From NCBI GenBank assembly GCA_049590735.1, contig JBAWDM010000074.1:1-47958 (forward strand): a stretch of 47,958 nt of DNA. Reading direction: 5' to 3'. This document shows positions 40,254 through 47,958 of this stretch, in pieces. The notes below the pieces were generated by a model. The model worked only from the letters and a program-made list of their open reading frames with translations. It did no database searches and was not told the origin of the DNA. Origin of the DNA: Asticcacaulis sp. (GTDB taxonomy: Bacteria; Pseudomonadota; Alphaproteobacteria; Caulobacterales; Caulobacteraceae). The translations under genes and the position numbers were made by a program. Every line of letters begins with the position of its first letter. The first letter of the stretch is position 1.

Positions 40254-40991
40254 ATGCTTTTGGCCATGTCCACCTGGTGTGAAATTGATGAGCGCCTGAA
40301 AGAGTCGCGCACCGTGATCATCCCCATTGGCTCCAATGAACAGCATGGTCCGATGGGTCTTTTGGGTACAGACTGGATGTGTCCTGAAATCATCGCCCAT
40401 GCTGCCGAAGAACAAGGCAGGCTGTTGATTGCGCCGACCTTCAATATCGGTATGGCCCAGCATCATCTGGGCTTTTCCGGCACGATCTCGCTAAGGCCGT
40501 CGACCTTTATCGCCGCCATCGAAGACTGGGTGGCCTCCTTAAGCCGACACGGCTTTGACCGCATCTATTTTCTGAATGGACATGGCGGCAATGTCGCTAC
40601 GATCGAAGCGGCCTTTTCGGAAATCTATTCGCGCTATTCCTATGGCGGCCTGCCCTGTCCGTTTATATTGAAACTGCGCAACTGGTGGGATTTGCCAGGT
40701 GTGATGCGCCTGTGCGCCAAACTTTACCCCGAAGGCCACGGCAGCCATGCCACCCCGTCAGAAATCGCCGTCACCTATGCCGCCTATCCGGAACGCGTCA
40801 AATCCACGCCGATGGAGCCGCAGATCGCGCCGTCCGGTCCCATCCGCGATTCTCTGGATTACCGCGCGCGTTTTCCCGACGGACGCATTGGCTCGGATTC
40901 GTCACTGGCCACGATTGAACACGGCCAGCAAATCATTGACACCGCCGTCTCAGGCCTGATCGAAGATGTCGCGAAATTCGACATGGAGTAG
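40254..40991 (+). CDS. Creatininase-family amidohydrolase
   Basis: PIGSNEQHG..D, HHLGFSGTISL, NGHGGN, HA..E. Confidence 0.9.
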   Translation: MLLAMSTWCEIDERLKESRTVIIPIGSNEQHGPMGLLGTDWMCPEIIAHAAEEQGRLLIAPTFNIGMAQHHLGFSGTISLRPSTFIAAIEDWVASLSRHGFDRIYFLNGHGGNVATIEAAFSEIYSRYSYGGLPCPFILKLRNWWDLPGVMRLCAKLYPEGHGSHATPSEIAVTYAAYPERVKSTPMEPQIAPSGPIRDSLDYRARFPDGRIGSDSSLATIEHGQQIIDTAVSGLIEDVAKFDME

Positions 40992-41043
40992 AAGACGGAG
41001 CCGACCATGAACTGACCGGCCCCGTCGTTTTCAGGCTTGCGGC

Positions 41044-41439
41044 CTATTCGATATAGTTGGTTTCAATCGAGGCGAACACCACGCCCGGCCTGTTGACCTC
41101 AGCCAGTTCAACCGCACCGGCAGCATCGACGCTGGCCTTGCCTTCAACGGCATAGGCCATATCATTCGCCATGTAGTTATAGGTGAAATAGGTGCTGGCG
41201 ATACCGTCTTTTACGGTACAGGATTCGACCTTGATCAGGCGTTTGCTTTGAGCCGGCGCCTTATCGCGCACCTTATCGGCGGCGGCATCAGCGATCTGCT
41301 TGCCGATTTTTTCCTGCTGAGCGATGCTGCAGGTTTGCATGGATGGGTTTGAGAAACTGCCTTCGGCGAAAGCAGGGGCCGTAAAAGCAGACACAGCCAG
41401 CAAGGCGGCGCCGGCCAGAAGAATTGCGGATTTCATCAT
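41044..41439 (-). CDS. Hypothetical secreted protein
   Basis: Signal peptide MMKSAILLAGAALLAVSAFTAPAFA-E; two Cys. Confidence 0.75.
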   Translation of the reverse strand: MMKSAILLAGAALLAVSAFTAPAFAEGSFSNPSMQTCSIAQQEKIGKQIADAAADKVRDKAPAQSKRLIKVESCTVKDGIASTYFTYNYMANDMAYAVEGKASVDAAGAVELAEVNRPGVVFASIETNYIE

Positions 41440-41611
41440 GGGACACACTCACATAGTTTAGCCAAATGAGATTTGGCAGGGTTTCAGGGATGTCACACCG
41501 GGGGAGCGGCTTATCGTGACACACCGAGGCTGCCTTATAATGACAGCGCTGTCATTAACTAATATCGCACTGCAACATTTTGTGATTGTATACGATTATA
41601 AATGTAAGGTT

Positions 41612-42619
41612 TTACGCGCCTTCGCTTTTCAACGGGCGCGACAAAAGCGCGTCAATGGCGGCATTGACGTCCATATCCCCTTTCAGCACGGCATTGACCG
41701 CCTCACAGATCGGCAGTTCAACACCATGTTTGTGGCCCAGATCCACCACAGCCGGGGCCGATTCCACCCCTTCGGCTACTGACACCTTATCCGCCAGAAA
41801 GTCTGCCAGACCTTGCCCGTGACCCAGCGCCAAACCCACACTCATATTACGCGATTGCGGCGATGAGCAGGTCAGAACCAGATCCCCCATACCGCACAGA
41901 CCGGACATGGTTTCAAACTTAGCGCCCAGGGCCATGGCCATGCGCGTCATTTCAGCAAAGCCGCGTGTGATCAGGGCGGCATGGGCATTGCGCCCCAACC
42001 CCTTACCCTCAGCGATGCCACAGGCAATGGCGATAACGTTTTTAATGGCCCCGCCCGATTCCGCCCCGATCAGGTCACAGCTCTGATAGGGCCTGAAGGT
42101 TGGCCCCGCCAGTGTGGCGGCAATTACCGCCCCTAAGTCTTCATCCTTACAGGCGATGGTGATGGCAGACGGCAAACCTTGCGCCACTTCACGGGCGAAA
42201 TTAGGGCCCGCCAAAACCGCTGCCGTCACCTGCGGCAAGACCTGTTCCAGCACCTCGGTCATCAGGCAGTCCGTACCGCGTTCAATGCCTTTGGCGCACA
42301 AAACAACCGGCAGACCGACCCGTGCAAAGGGCCGAAACGCGGTCAGGGTGGCGCGCATATGCTGGGCGGGCGGCACGGCCAGAATCATATCACAGGCCGC
42401 CAGATCGGCCATATTGCCCGTGGCCGTCACCGCTTGTGATAAAGGCACACCCGGAAGATACACGCTGTTTTCATGGCGGTCATTGATGGCCGACACCACC
42501 TCAGGCTCACGGGCATGCAGCAAGACCTGATTGCCGCCAAGGGTCGCCACCTGAGACAGCGCCGTGCCCCAAGCGCCCGCGCCGATCACACCGACATGCT
42601 TAAAAATCGTTGCTGTCAT
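41612..42619 (-). CDS. gpsA: NAD(P)H-dependent glycerol-3-phosphate dehydrogenase
   Basis: [37 protein letters not shown]. Confidence 0.97.
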   Translation of the reverse strand: MTATIFKHVGVIGAGAWGTALSQVATLGGNQVLLHAREPEVVSAINDRHENSVYLPGVPLSQAVTATGNMADLAACDMILAVPPAQHMRATLTAFRPFARVGLPVVLCAKGIERGTDCLMTEVLEQVLPQVTAAVLAGPNFAREVAQGLPSAITIACKDEDLGAVIAATLAGPTFRPYQSCDLIGAESGGAIKNVIAIACGIAEGKGLGRNAHAALITRGFAEMTRMAMALGAKFETMSGLCGMGDLVLTCSSPQSRNMSVGLALGHGQGLADFLADKVSVAEGVESAPAVVDLGHKHGVELPICEAVNAVLKGDMDVNAAIDALLSRPLKSEGA

Positions 42620-43731
42620 CAGGCTCTGGCTCCTTTACGGCCGGTATTTTTATGCACAGGTGCCTGAGCGGCGCTGGCCTCATCAAGCGGCCAGCGCGGC
42701 CGCGCCACAGTGGCCATGCCCGTCATCGTGTCCGGCAAGCCATCCTTGCCCAGCTTTTGGTAATGTTCAAGGCCCGCCAAAGCGATCATGGCGGCATTGT
42801 CCGTACAATATTTAAGCGGCGGTGCCATCAGGTGAAAGCCGTGCTTTTCAGCCGCCGCCTGCAGGGCCTCACGCAGAAACTGATTGGCCGCCACCCCGCC
42901 GGCCACAACAAAGACGGGATCGGGTATGCTCGTATTGTCTTTAAAAATCTGCATGGCGCGCTGGGATCGTTCCACCAGCTGCCGGGCGATGGCTGTCTGC
43001 ACACCGGCGCACAGATCGGCGCGATCCTGTTCAGTCTTAACCTCAGCGTGGGCAATCAGGGCCGCCGCCGTCTTAAGGCCTGAAAAAGAAAAATCGCAGT
43101 CCTTGCGACCCAGCAATGCGCGCGGCAGTGTAAAGCGCGTGGCATCGCCCGCTTTGGCGCAGGCCTCAAGCGCCGGGCCGCCGGGATAACCCAGCCCCAA
43201 AACCTTGGCAATCTTGTCAAAGGCCTCACCGGCAGCGTCATCAATCGTCGTGCCCAGCCGCGCATAATCACCTACGCCGCGCACGTTCAAAAGCTGGCAA
43301 TGGCCGCCGGATATCAGCAACAGCAAAAACGGAAAGGCAATGTCGCCGGTCAACAAGGCCGACAGGGCATGCCCCTCAAGATGGTTGATCCCCAAAAGCG
43401 GCAAGCCCCGCGCTAAGGCAAACCCCTTGGCAAAGGACAGCCCCACCATGACCCCGCCGATTAAACCCGGCCCCGATGTCGCCGCCACGGCGTCCAGATC
43501 GGGATGACCGGCCTCATCCAATGCCTGACGGGCCAGATCATCAATGGTTTCGACATGGCTGCGGGCGGCAATTTCCGGCACGACCCCGCCATACGCCTTA
43601 TGGGCCAGAACCTGTGAATGGATCAGACTGGACAAAACCTGCGTGCCGGATGCATCGCGCCTGACGATGGCCACGGCGGTTTCATCACAGCTCGATTCAA
43701 TTCCTAAAACGGTTATGGCCTGATCAGACAT
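42619..43731 (-). CDS. tsaD: tRNA N6-threonylcarbamoyladenosine synthase TsaD
   Basis: [47 protein letters not shown]. Start placed at ATG 43731. Confidence 0.97.
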   Translation of the reverse strand: MSDQAITVLGIESSCDETAVAIVRRDASGTQVLSSLIHSQVLAHKAYGGVVPEIAARSHVETIDDLARQALDEAGHPDLDAVAATSGPGLIGGVMVGLSFAKGFALARGLPLLGINHLEGHALSALLTGDIAFPFLLLLISGGHCQLLNVRGVGDYARLGTTIDDAAGEAFDKIAKVLGLGYPGGPALEACAKAGDATRFTLPRALLGRKDCDFSFSGLKTAAALIAHAEVKTEQDRADLCAGVQTAIARQLVERSQRAMQIFKDNTSIPDPVFVVAGGVAANQFLREALQAAAEKHGFHLMAPPLKYCTDNAAMIALAGLEHYQKLGKDGLPDTMTGMATVARPRWPLDEASAAQAPVHKNTGRKGARA

Positions 43732-43846
43732 TGCGCGAAGGGGAACATTTCTATAGTTGATAAGCAGCGACACCTTAGACGGGCTCTGATAGGGCCACGT
43801 CAAGCCCTTTGCACGCGGGGCTCTTAAAATTAAAGTGAATACGGTT

Positions 43847-44797
43847 ATGACGAAACAGCTCAGAATTGGCACACGCGCATCCCGTCTTGCGCTGACCCAA
43901 TGCGCGTGGGTGCAGCGACAAATTGTGGCCGCCCTGGGTCACGACCCCGAACGCGCAGACGATTTTGCCCCTCTGGTGCCCATCACCACGCAGGGCGACC
44001 GTATCTTAGACCGCCGCCTGATCGAAGCGGGCGGCAAGGAACTGTTCACCAAGGAAATCGAAGAGGCCCTGCTGAGGGGTGAGGTCGACATCGCCGTTCA
44101 TTCCCTCAAGGACATGCCCGCTGCCGATATTCCGGGCCTGAGCCTCTGCGTCATCCCTGAACGTGAAGACCCGCGCGACGCCTTTGTCAGCACGTTATAC
44201 ACCTCACTGGCCGACCTGCCGCAAGGCGCCAGACTCGGTACAGCCAGCCTGCGCAGGCAGGCGCAGGTTCTGGCGCAACGGCCCGATCTTGAGATCGTCA
44301 TGGTACGCGGTAATATCGATACGCGCCTGTCGAAGCTGGAAAGCGGCGATTGCGATGCCCTTTTGCTAGCGGCAGCGGGCCTGAACCGGCTTGGCCTGTC
44401 CGGCCGCATCAAAAGCTTTATTGATCCCTCAGACTATGCCAGCGCGCCCGGTCAGGGGGCCCTGGCGGTTCAGTGTCGCAGCGAAGATATGGGTGCTGAC
44501 TGGATGACAAAACTGCACCACGAAGACACATTTTTACGCATTCGCGCCGAACGCGGGGCACTTGAGGCCTTAGAAGCATCTTGCCGCACGGCCGTGGGCG
44601 CTTATGCTACAATCAAGAATAACAGCCTGCATCTGTTCGTCGAGGCCTTAAGCGCCGACGGCAGTATGCGCTGGCAAAGGCGCGGCGTCCTGCCCGCCCC
44701 GGATGCGAACTCAGCCCACGCATTCGGCCTTAAGCTTGGTCTTGAAATCAAGACCGAAGCCGGGCCAAACCTGATTCAGATCGGCGGATTCGCATGA
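43847..44797 (+). CDS. hemC: Hydroxymethylbilane synthase
   Basis: IGTRASRLA, TQGD, FTKEIE, AVHSLKD, REDPRD, RGNIDTRL, cofactor Cys in ASCRT. Confidence 0.97.
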   Translation: MTKQLRIGTRASRLALTQCAWVQRQIVAALGHDPERADDFAPLVPITTQGDRILDRRLIEAGGKELFTKEIEEALLRGEVDIAVHSLKDMPAADIPGLSLCVIPEREDPRDAFVSTLYTSLADLPQGARLGTASLRRQAQVLAQRPDLEIVMVRGNIDTRLSKLESGDCDALLLAAAGLNRLGLSGRIKSFIDPSDYASAPGQGALAVQCRSEDMGADWMTKLHHEDTFLRIRAERGALEALEASCRTAVGAYATIKNNSLHLFVEALSADGSMRWQRRGVLPAPDANSAHAFGLKLGLEIKTEAGPNLIQIGGFA

Positions 44798-45546
44798 CCA
44801 CCCCACAGCCAGTTGTCTGGATTACACGCACACCCGAAGGGGCGCGCCGCACAGCCCGCGCCGTTCACCTTAAGGGCTATGAGACACTCATCTCACCTGT
44901 GTTGAAAATTCAGTCGCTTAAGCCCGTGCTGGAACCCCACAGTTTTGACGAACTTATTCTCACCAGCCGCAACGGGCTCAATGCCTTTTGCGCCATTTGC
45001 AGCCGCCGCGCCATCACCGTGTGGTGTGTCGGCGATTCCACCGCCGAAGCAGCACGTGCCAAAAAGTTTCAGCGCGTCATCTCGGCCGGCGGCAATGTGC
45101 GCCTTCTGACCGACCGCATCCGCACAGACGCCAGCAAACATTCACGCATGCTCTATGCCGCCCCGCGTGAACCGGCTTCGACCATGGGCACGACCCTGCG
45201 CGCCGAAGGCTTTAAGATCACTGAGGTGGCCCTTTATGAAACCCAGTATCTGCTACCGCGCTTTACGCCGGATGAACTCAACCGCATCACCCATATACTG
45301 ATCCAGTCGCCCAAGGCCGGACGCGCCGTCGCCGAAGCCCTGATTGCCTATTATGACAAGATCAATCTGGCTGACCTGACCTTTTTGTGCATTTCCGAAG
45401 CCGCGTGGAATGCGACAGAAAAGGCGCTGCGAACCAAGGCGCAGGGTGACGCTTTGACGGCCATACAAAATTATCTGGACACGGGGGCCAATCGGCGCAT
45501 TTCATCATTCCCAGATGAAGCTTCCATGCTTATGCTTCTGGACTAG
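44794..45546 (+). CDS. hemD: Uroporphyrinogen-III synthase
   Basis: VWITR, TSRNG, CVGDSTAEAAR, LYET, SP. ATGA overlap with hemC. Confidence 0.85.
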   Translation: MTTPQPVVWITRTPEGARRTARAVHLKGYETLISPVLKIQSLKPVLEPHSFDELILTSRNGLNAFCAICSRRAITVWCVGDSTAEAARAKKFQRVISAGGNVRLLTDRIRTDASKHSRMLYAAPREPASTMGTTLRAEGFKITEVALYETQYLLPRFTPDELNRITHILIQSPKAGRAVAEALIAYYDKINLADLTFLCISEAAWNATEKALRTKAQGDALTAIQNYLDTGANRRISSFPDEASMLMLLD

Positions 45547-45586
45547 GCCATAAATGGCAGACTGACTGAACAGGCGAGACAAGACC

Positions 45587-46576
45587 ATGAGCGAACCGCT
45601 GAACCCCAATGATAGCGACCCGCAAACCCTGCCGGATGACGAATTAAAGGACTGGGCCTCGCCAAAGGTGACGAACATCGCCCGCCTGATGGCCTTTGTG
45701 ATCCTGCCGTCCCTGTTTTTTGTGATTCTGATTTTCGCTGTCTGGTGGTGGTTTACCCATCCGGATAAGCCTGTAACCCTTACTCAGACGCCACCGCCCG
45801 CCGCCTCAGCCTTACAGAATACACCGCCATCCACTGTGGCCGGCCCTGCCTCCGCACAAACGGATAAGGATGCGCAGATTGCGCAACTCCAAAGCCAGAT
45901 TGCGGCCTTACAAACTCAGGCGCGCCCCTCTGAACCTGCGCCCTATTACAGTGCCGATCCGGGTGCCATCGCTCGCCTGAGCGCCCGTCTGGATCAGGTT
46001 GAGGCCAATCAGCGCCTTCTGGCCCGCGCCACGCAATCTGCCTATGCGGCACGTGCGCTGCAACTGGCGGCACAGGGTCAGGCCCCCTTCCTGTCTGAAC
46101 TGGCTGTGGTGGAGCCCACCCTGGATGATCCGCAACTGGCCGCCAGCCTGCATCCTTATGCCGAAAAAGGCGTCCCCAGCGAAGTGGCGCTGGCGGTCAG
46201 CTTCCCTAAGGCCGCCGCGCGCGCCAATATTGCCGCCCGGGCCGATGAGGGTGACAACAGCATATGGACGCGGCTTAAAAACGCCTTCGGCAGCTTTATC
46301 TCGATCCGCCGCACCGACAATCCGAATGGTCAGGGCACTCAGGCCATCTTGTCGCGGGCAGAAATCCGCCTGAATAGCGGTGATCTCAAAGGGGCCGTGG
46401 CCTATCTCGACACCCTGTCGCCCACCGCCCAAAAAGCGCTTTCGCCCTGGCTTGAACAGGCCCGCGCCCGTCTGATGGTTGACGACGCCACCCGCCATAT
46501 TTCCGACAGCGCTTTGAATCGTCTGAGCCAGATGTCAGTGGCTTCAGGTGCGCCGGATAACGGAGGCGTGCTTTGA
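45587..46576 (+). CDS. COG4223 / mitofilin (alpha-Mic60)-like membrane-anchored coiled-coil protein
   Basis: Single N-terminal TM, coiled coil, C-terminal AILSRAE..L.GDL..AV...W...AR.R. Sits between hemD and hemY. Confidence 0.8.
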   Translation: MSEPLNPNDSDPQTLPDDELKDWASPKVTNIARLMAFVILPSLFFVILIFAVWWWFTHPDKPVTLTQTPPPAASALQNTPPSTVAGPASAQTDKDAQIAQLQSQIAALQTQARPSEPAPYYSADPGAIARLSARLDQVEANQRLLARATQSAYAARALQLAAQGQAPFLSELAVVEPTLDDPQLAASLHPYAEKGVPSEVALAVSFPKAAARANIAARADEGDNSIWTRLKNAFGSFISIRRTDNPNGQGTQAILSRAEIRLNSGDLKGAVAYLDTLSPTAQKALSPWLEQARARLMVDDATRHISDSALNRLSQMSVASGAPDNGGVL

Positions 46577-47958
46577 TCCGTACCCTGCTTATCCTTCTGG
46601 GCATAATCGCTCTGGTGTCGCTGGCCATTGCCGGTATTTCCGATGCCGGACAGGCGAGTCTGAGTTGGCTCAACCTTCGTATTGATACCTCGGCCTCGGT
46701 GGCCGTTATCCTGATCGGCATACTGGCTTTTTGCGCCGTGATATTTTGGAATATAGCCCTCTGGTTGGCCCGCTCCCCTCAGCGCGCCGAGCGTAAACGC
46801 GCCGCCCTTCGCCGCAAACAGGGGGATGAAACCCTGACACGTGGCTTTCTCAGTGTCGCGCGTGGTGACGGCAGCGAAGCCCGCCGTCTGGCCGCAAAGG
46901 CTGTCGATCTGTGCGACAATATTGTTTTGGTACGCATCCTGGGTGCTCTGGCCGCCGAGCAATCCGGTGATGCCGTGGCGACGCAGGCAGCTTACAATGC
47001 CATGCTGAGTGTGCCCGACCTGAAACTGGCCGGCCTCAAGGGCCTCATGCAACTGGCTAAAGCCCAGGGCGAAAAAGCGGAGGCGGTGAAACTGGCCTCT
47101 GAGGCCTATAATCTGCCACGCCCGACCATGTGGGCGTTCGAGACCCTGTTTGAGGCCCGGCTTGAGGCCGGTGAGTGGGCCGAAGCGCTGGATCTGATCG
47201 AAAGTGCGCTTAATCGCAAACTGATTTCGCCGGTCTTTTCTGAACGTGCCAAGGCATCGCTGATGGCGGCCTCGGCGGCGCGTCTGGAAATCTCGGATGA
47301 CGCCCAGATGCGCGATCAGGCGCTTGATTACGCCATTCGGGCTGCCAAACTGCAACCGCAATTTACCCCTGCCGCCTTGATTGCCGCGCGCCTGCTGACC
47401 CGCACCAAAAAAACCGGTCGTGCCGAAGATATGCTTGAGGCCGCATGGGCCGCACATCCGCATCCGGCCATCTGGCTGGCCTATCGCGATCTGATCTCAA
47501 ACGAGACGCCAAGGGAACGCGCCCGCCGCCTGAAGGGTTTGATTGACCGCAACCCCAAACACCGCGAAAGCCGCCTGCTGCAACTGGAGTGCGCTATCTT
47601 ATCGGGCCAGAAGGCGGATATTTCCGCTGCCATGACCGCGCTTGAGGCTGACACCTTTGATGAGGGACTGACCCGCCGTCTGGGCGGGGTGATGGCGCGG
47701 GGGGCACAAGCCCTTGGTGACGGGAATACGGCACGCACATGGGTCGCACGTGCAGCTCTGGCCAAGGGTGAACCCGAATGGTCGGATATTGACGCCGGCA
47801 GTCAGGCCTTTGCCTATAGTGCTTCTGACTGGAGTGACCTGATCCTGACCTTTGCGCGCAATGCGACTCTGGCCCATCCGCGCTATGAACGTGGTGAAAA
47901 AGGGTTGGCCGAAATACCGGATATGACCTCACGCTATATTCCCTCCATGCCCTTTATC
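46573..47958 (+). CDS. hemY: HemY-family membrane/TPR protein, 3'-truncated by the window edge (absent from the ORF track)
   Basis: TTG at 46573 overlaps the upstream stop and follows a GGAGG SD. Reads MIRTLLILLGIIALVSLAIAGISDAGQASLSWLNLRIDTS..., later AWAAHPHP. I saw no in-frame stop before the window end. Confidence 0.85.
   Translation, partial: MIRTLLILLGIIALVSLAIAGISDAGQASLSWLNLRIDTSASVAVILIGILAFCAVIFWNIALWLARSPQRAERKRAALRRKQGDETLTRGFLSVARGDGSEARRLAAKAVDLCDNIVLVRILGALAAEQSGDAVATQAAYNAMLSVPDLKLAGLKGLMQLAKAQGEKAEAVKLASEAYNLPRPTMWAFETLFEARLEAGEWAEALDLIESALNRKLISPVFSERAKASLMAASAARLEISDDAQMRDQALDYAIRAAKLQPQFTPAALIAARLLTRTKKTGRAEDMLEAAWAAHPHPAIWLAYRDLISNETPRERARRLKGLIDRNPKHRESRLLQLECAILSGQKADISAAMTALEADTFDEGLTRRLGGVMARGAQALGDGNTARTWVARAALAKGEPEWSDIDAGSQAFAYSASDWSDLILTFARNATLAHPRYERGEKGLAEIPDMTSRYIPSMPFI

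Overview
Core chromosomal region of an alphaproteobacterium, most likely Caulobacteraceae (Asticcacaulis-like; inferred from moderate GC, gene content and TTAA-N7-TTAA CtrA-type boxes). It is mostly housekeeping: ffh-rpsP-rimM-cmk-rpsA-ihfB-mscL, trpFBA-accD, glmS/glmM, HPr, tRNA-Arg(TCT), argG, kup, pyrF, folC, nth, hslVU, moeB, rlmN, acs, gpsA-tsaD and hemC-hemD-Mic60-like-hemY. I found no IS, integrase, prophage, CRISPR array or rRNA. The best leads are: (1) a glucokinase-fold protein that keeps its glucose-binding residues but has lost its ATP-binding motifs (candidate pseudokinase or sugar sensor); (2) a frameshifted chemoreceptor whose promoter has a CtrA box between two copies of an unexplained palindrome; (3) a structured ffh leader with alternative pairings; (4) a ~50-bp interspersed palindromic repeat in two copies; (5) small orphan genes with clear regulatory signals; (6) a DUF2892 + ECF sigma module with no obvious anti-sigma; (7) operon rearrangements (rimM joined to cmk without trmD, folC separated from accD). 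All calls come from reading the sequence by eye; no database searches were run.
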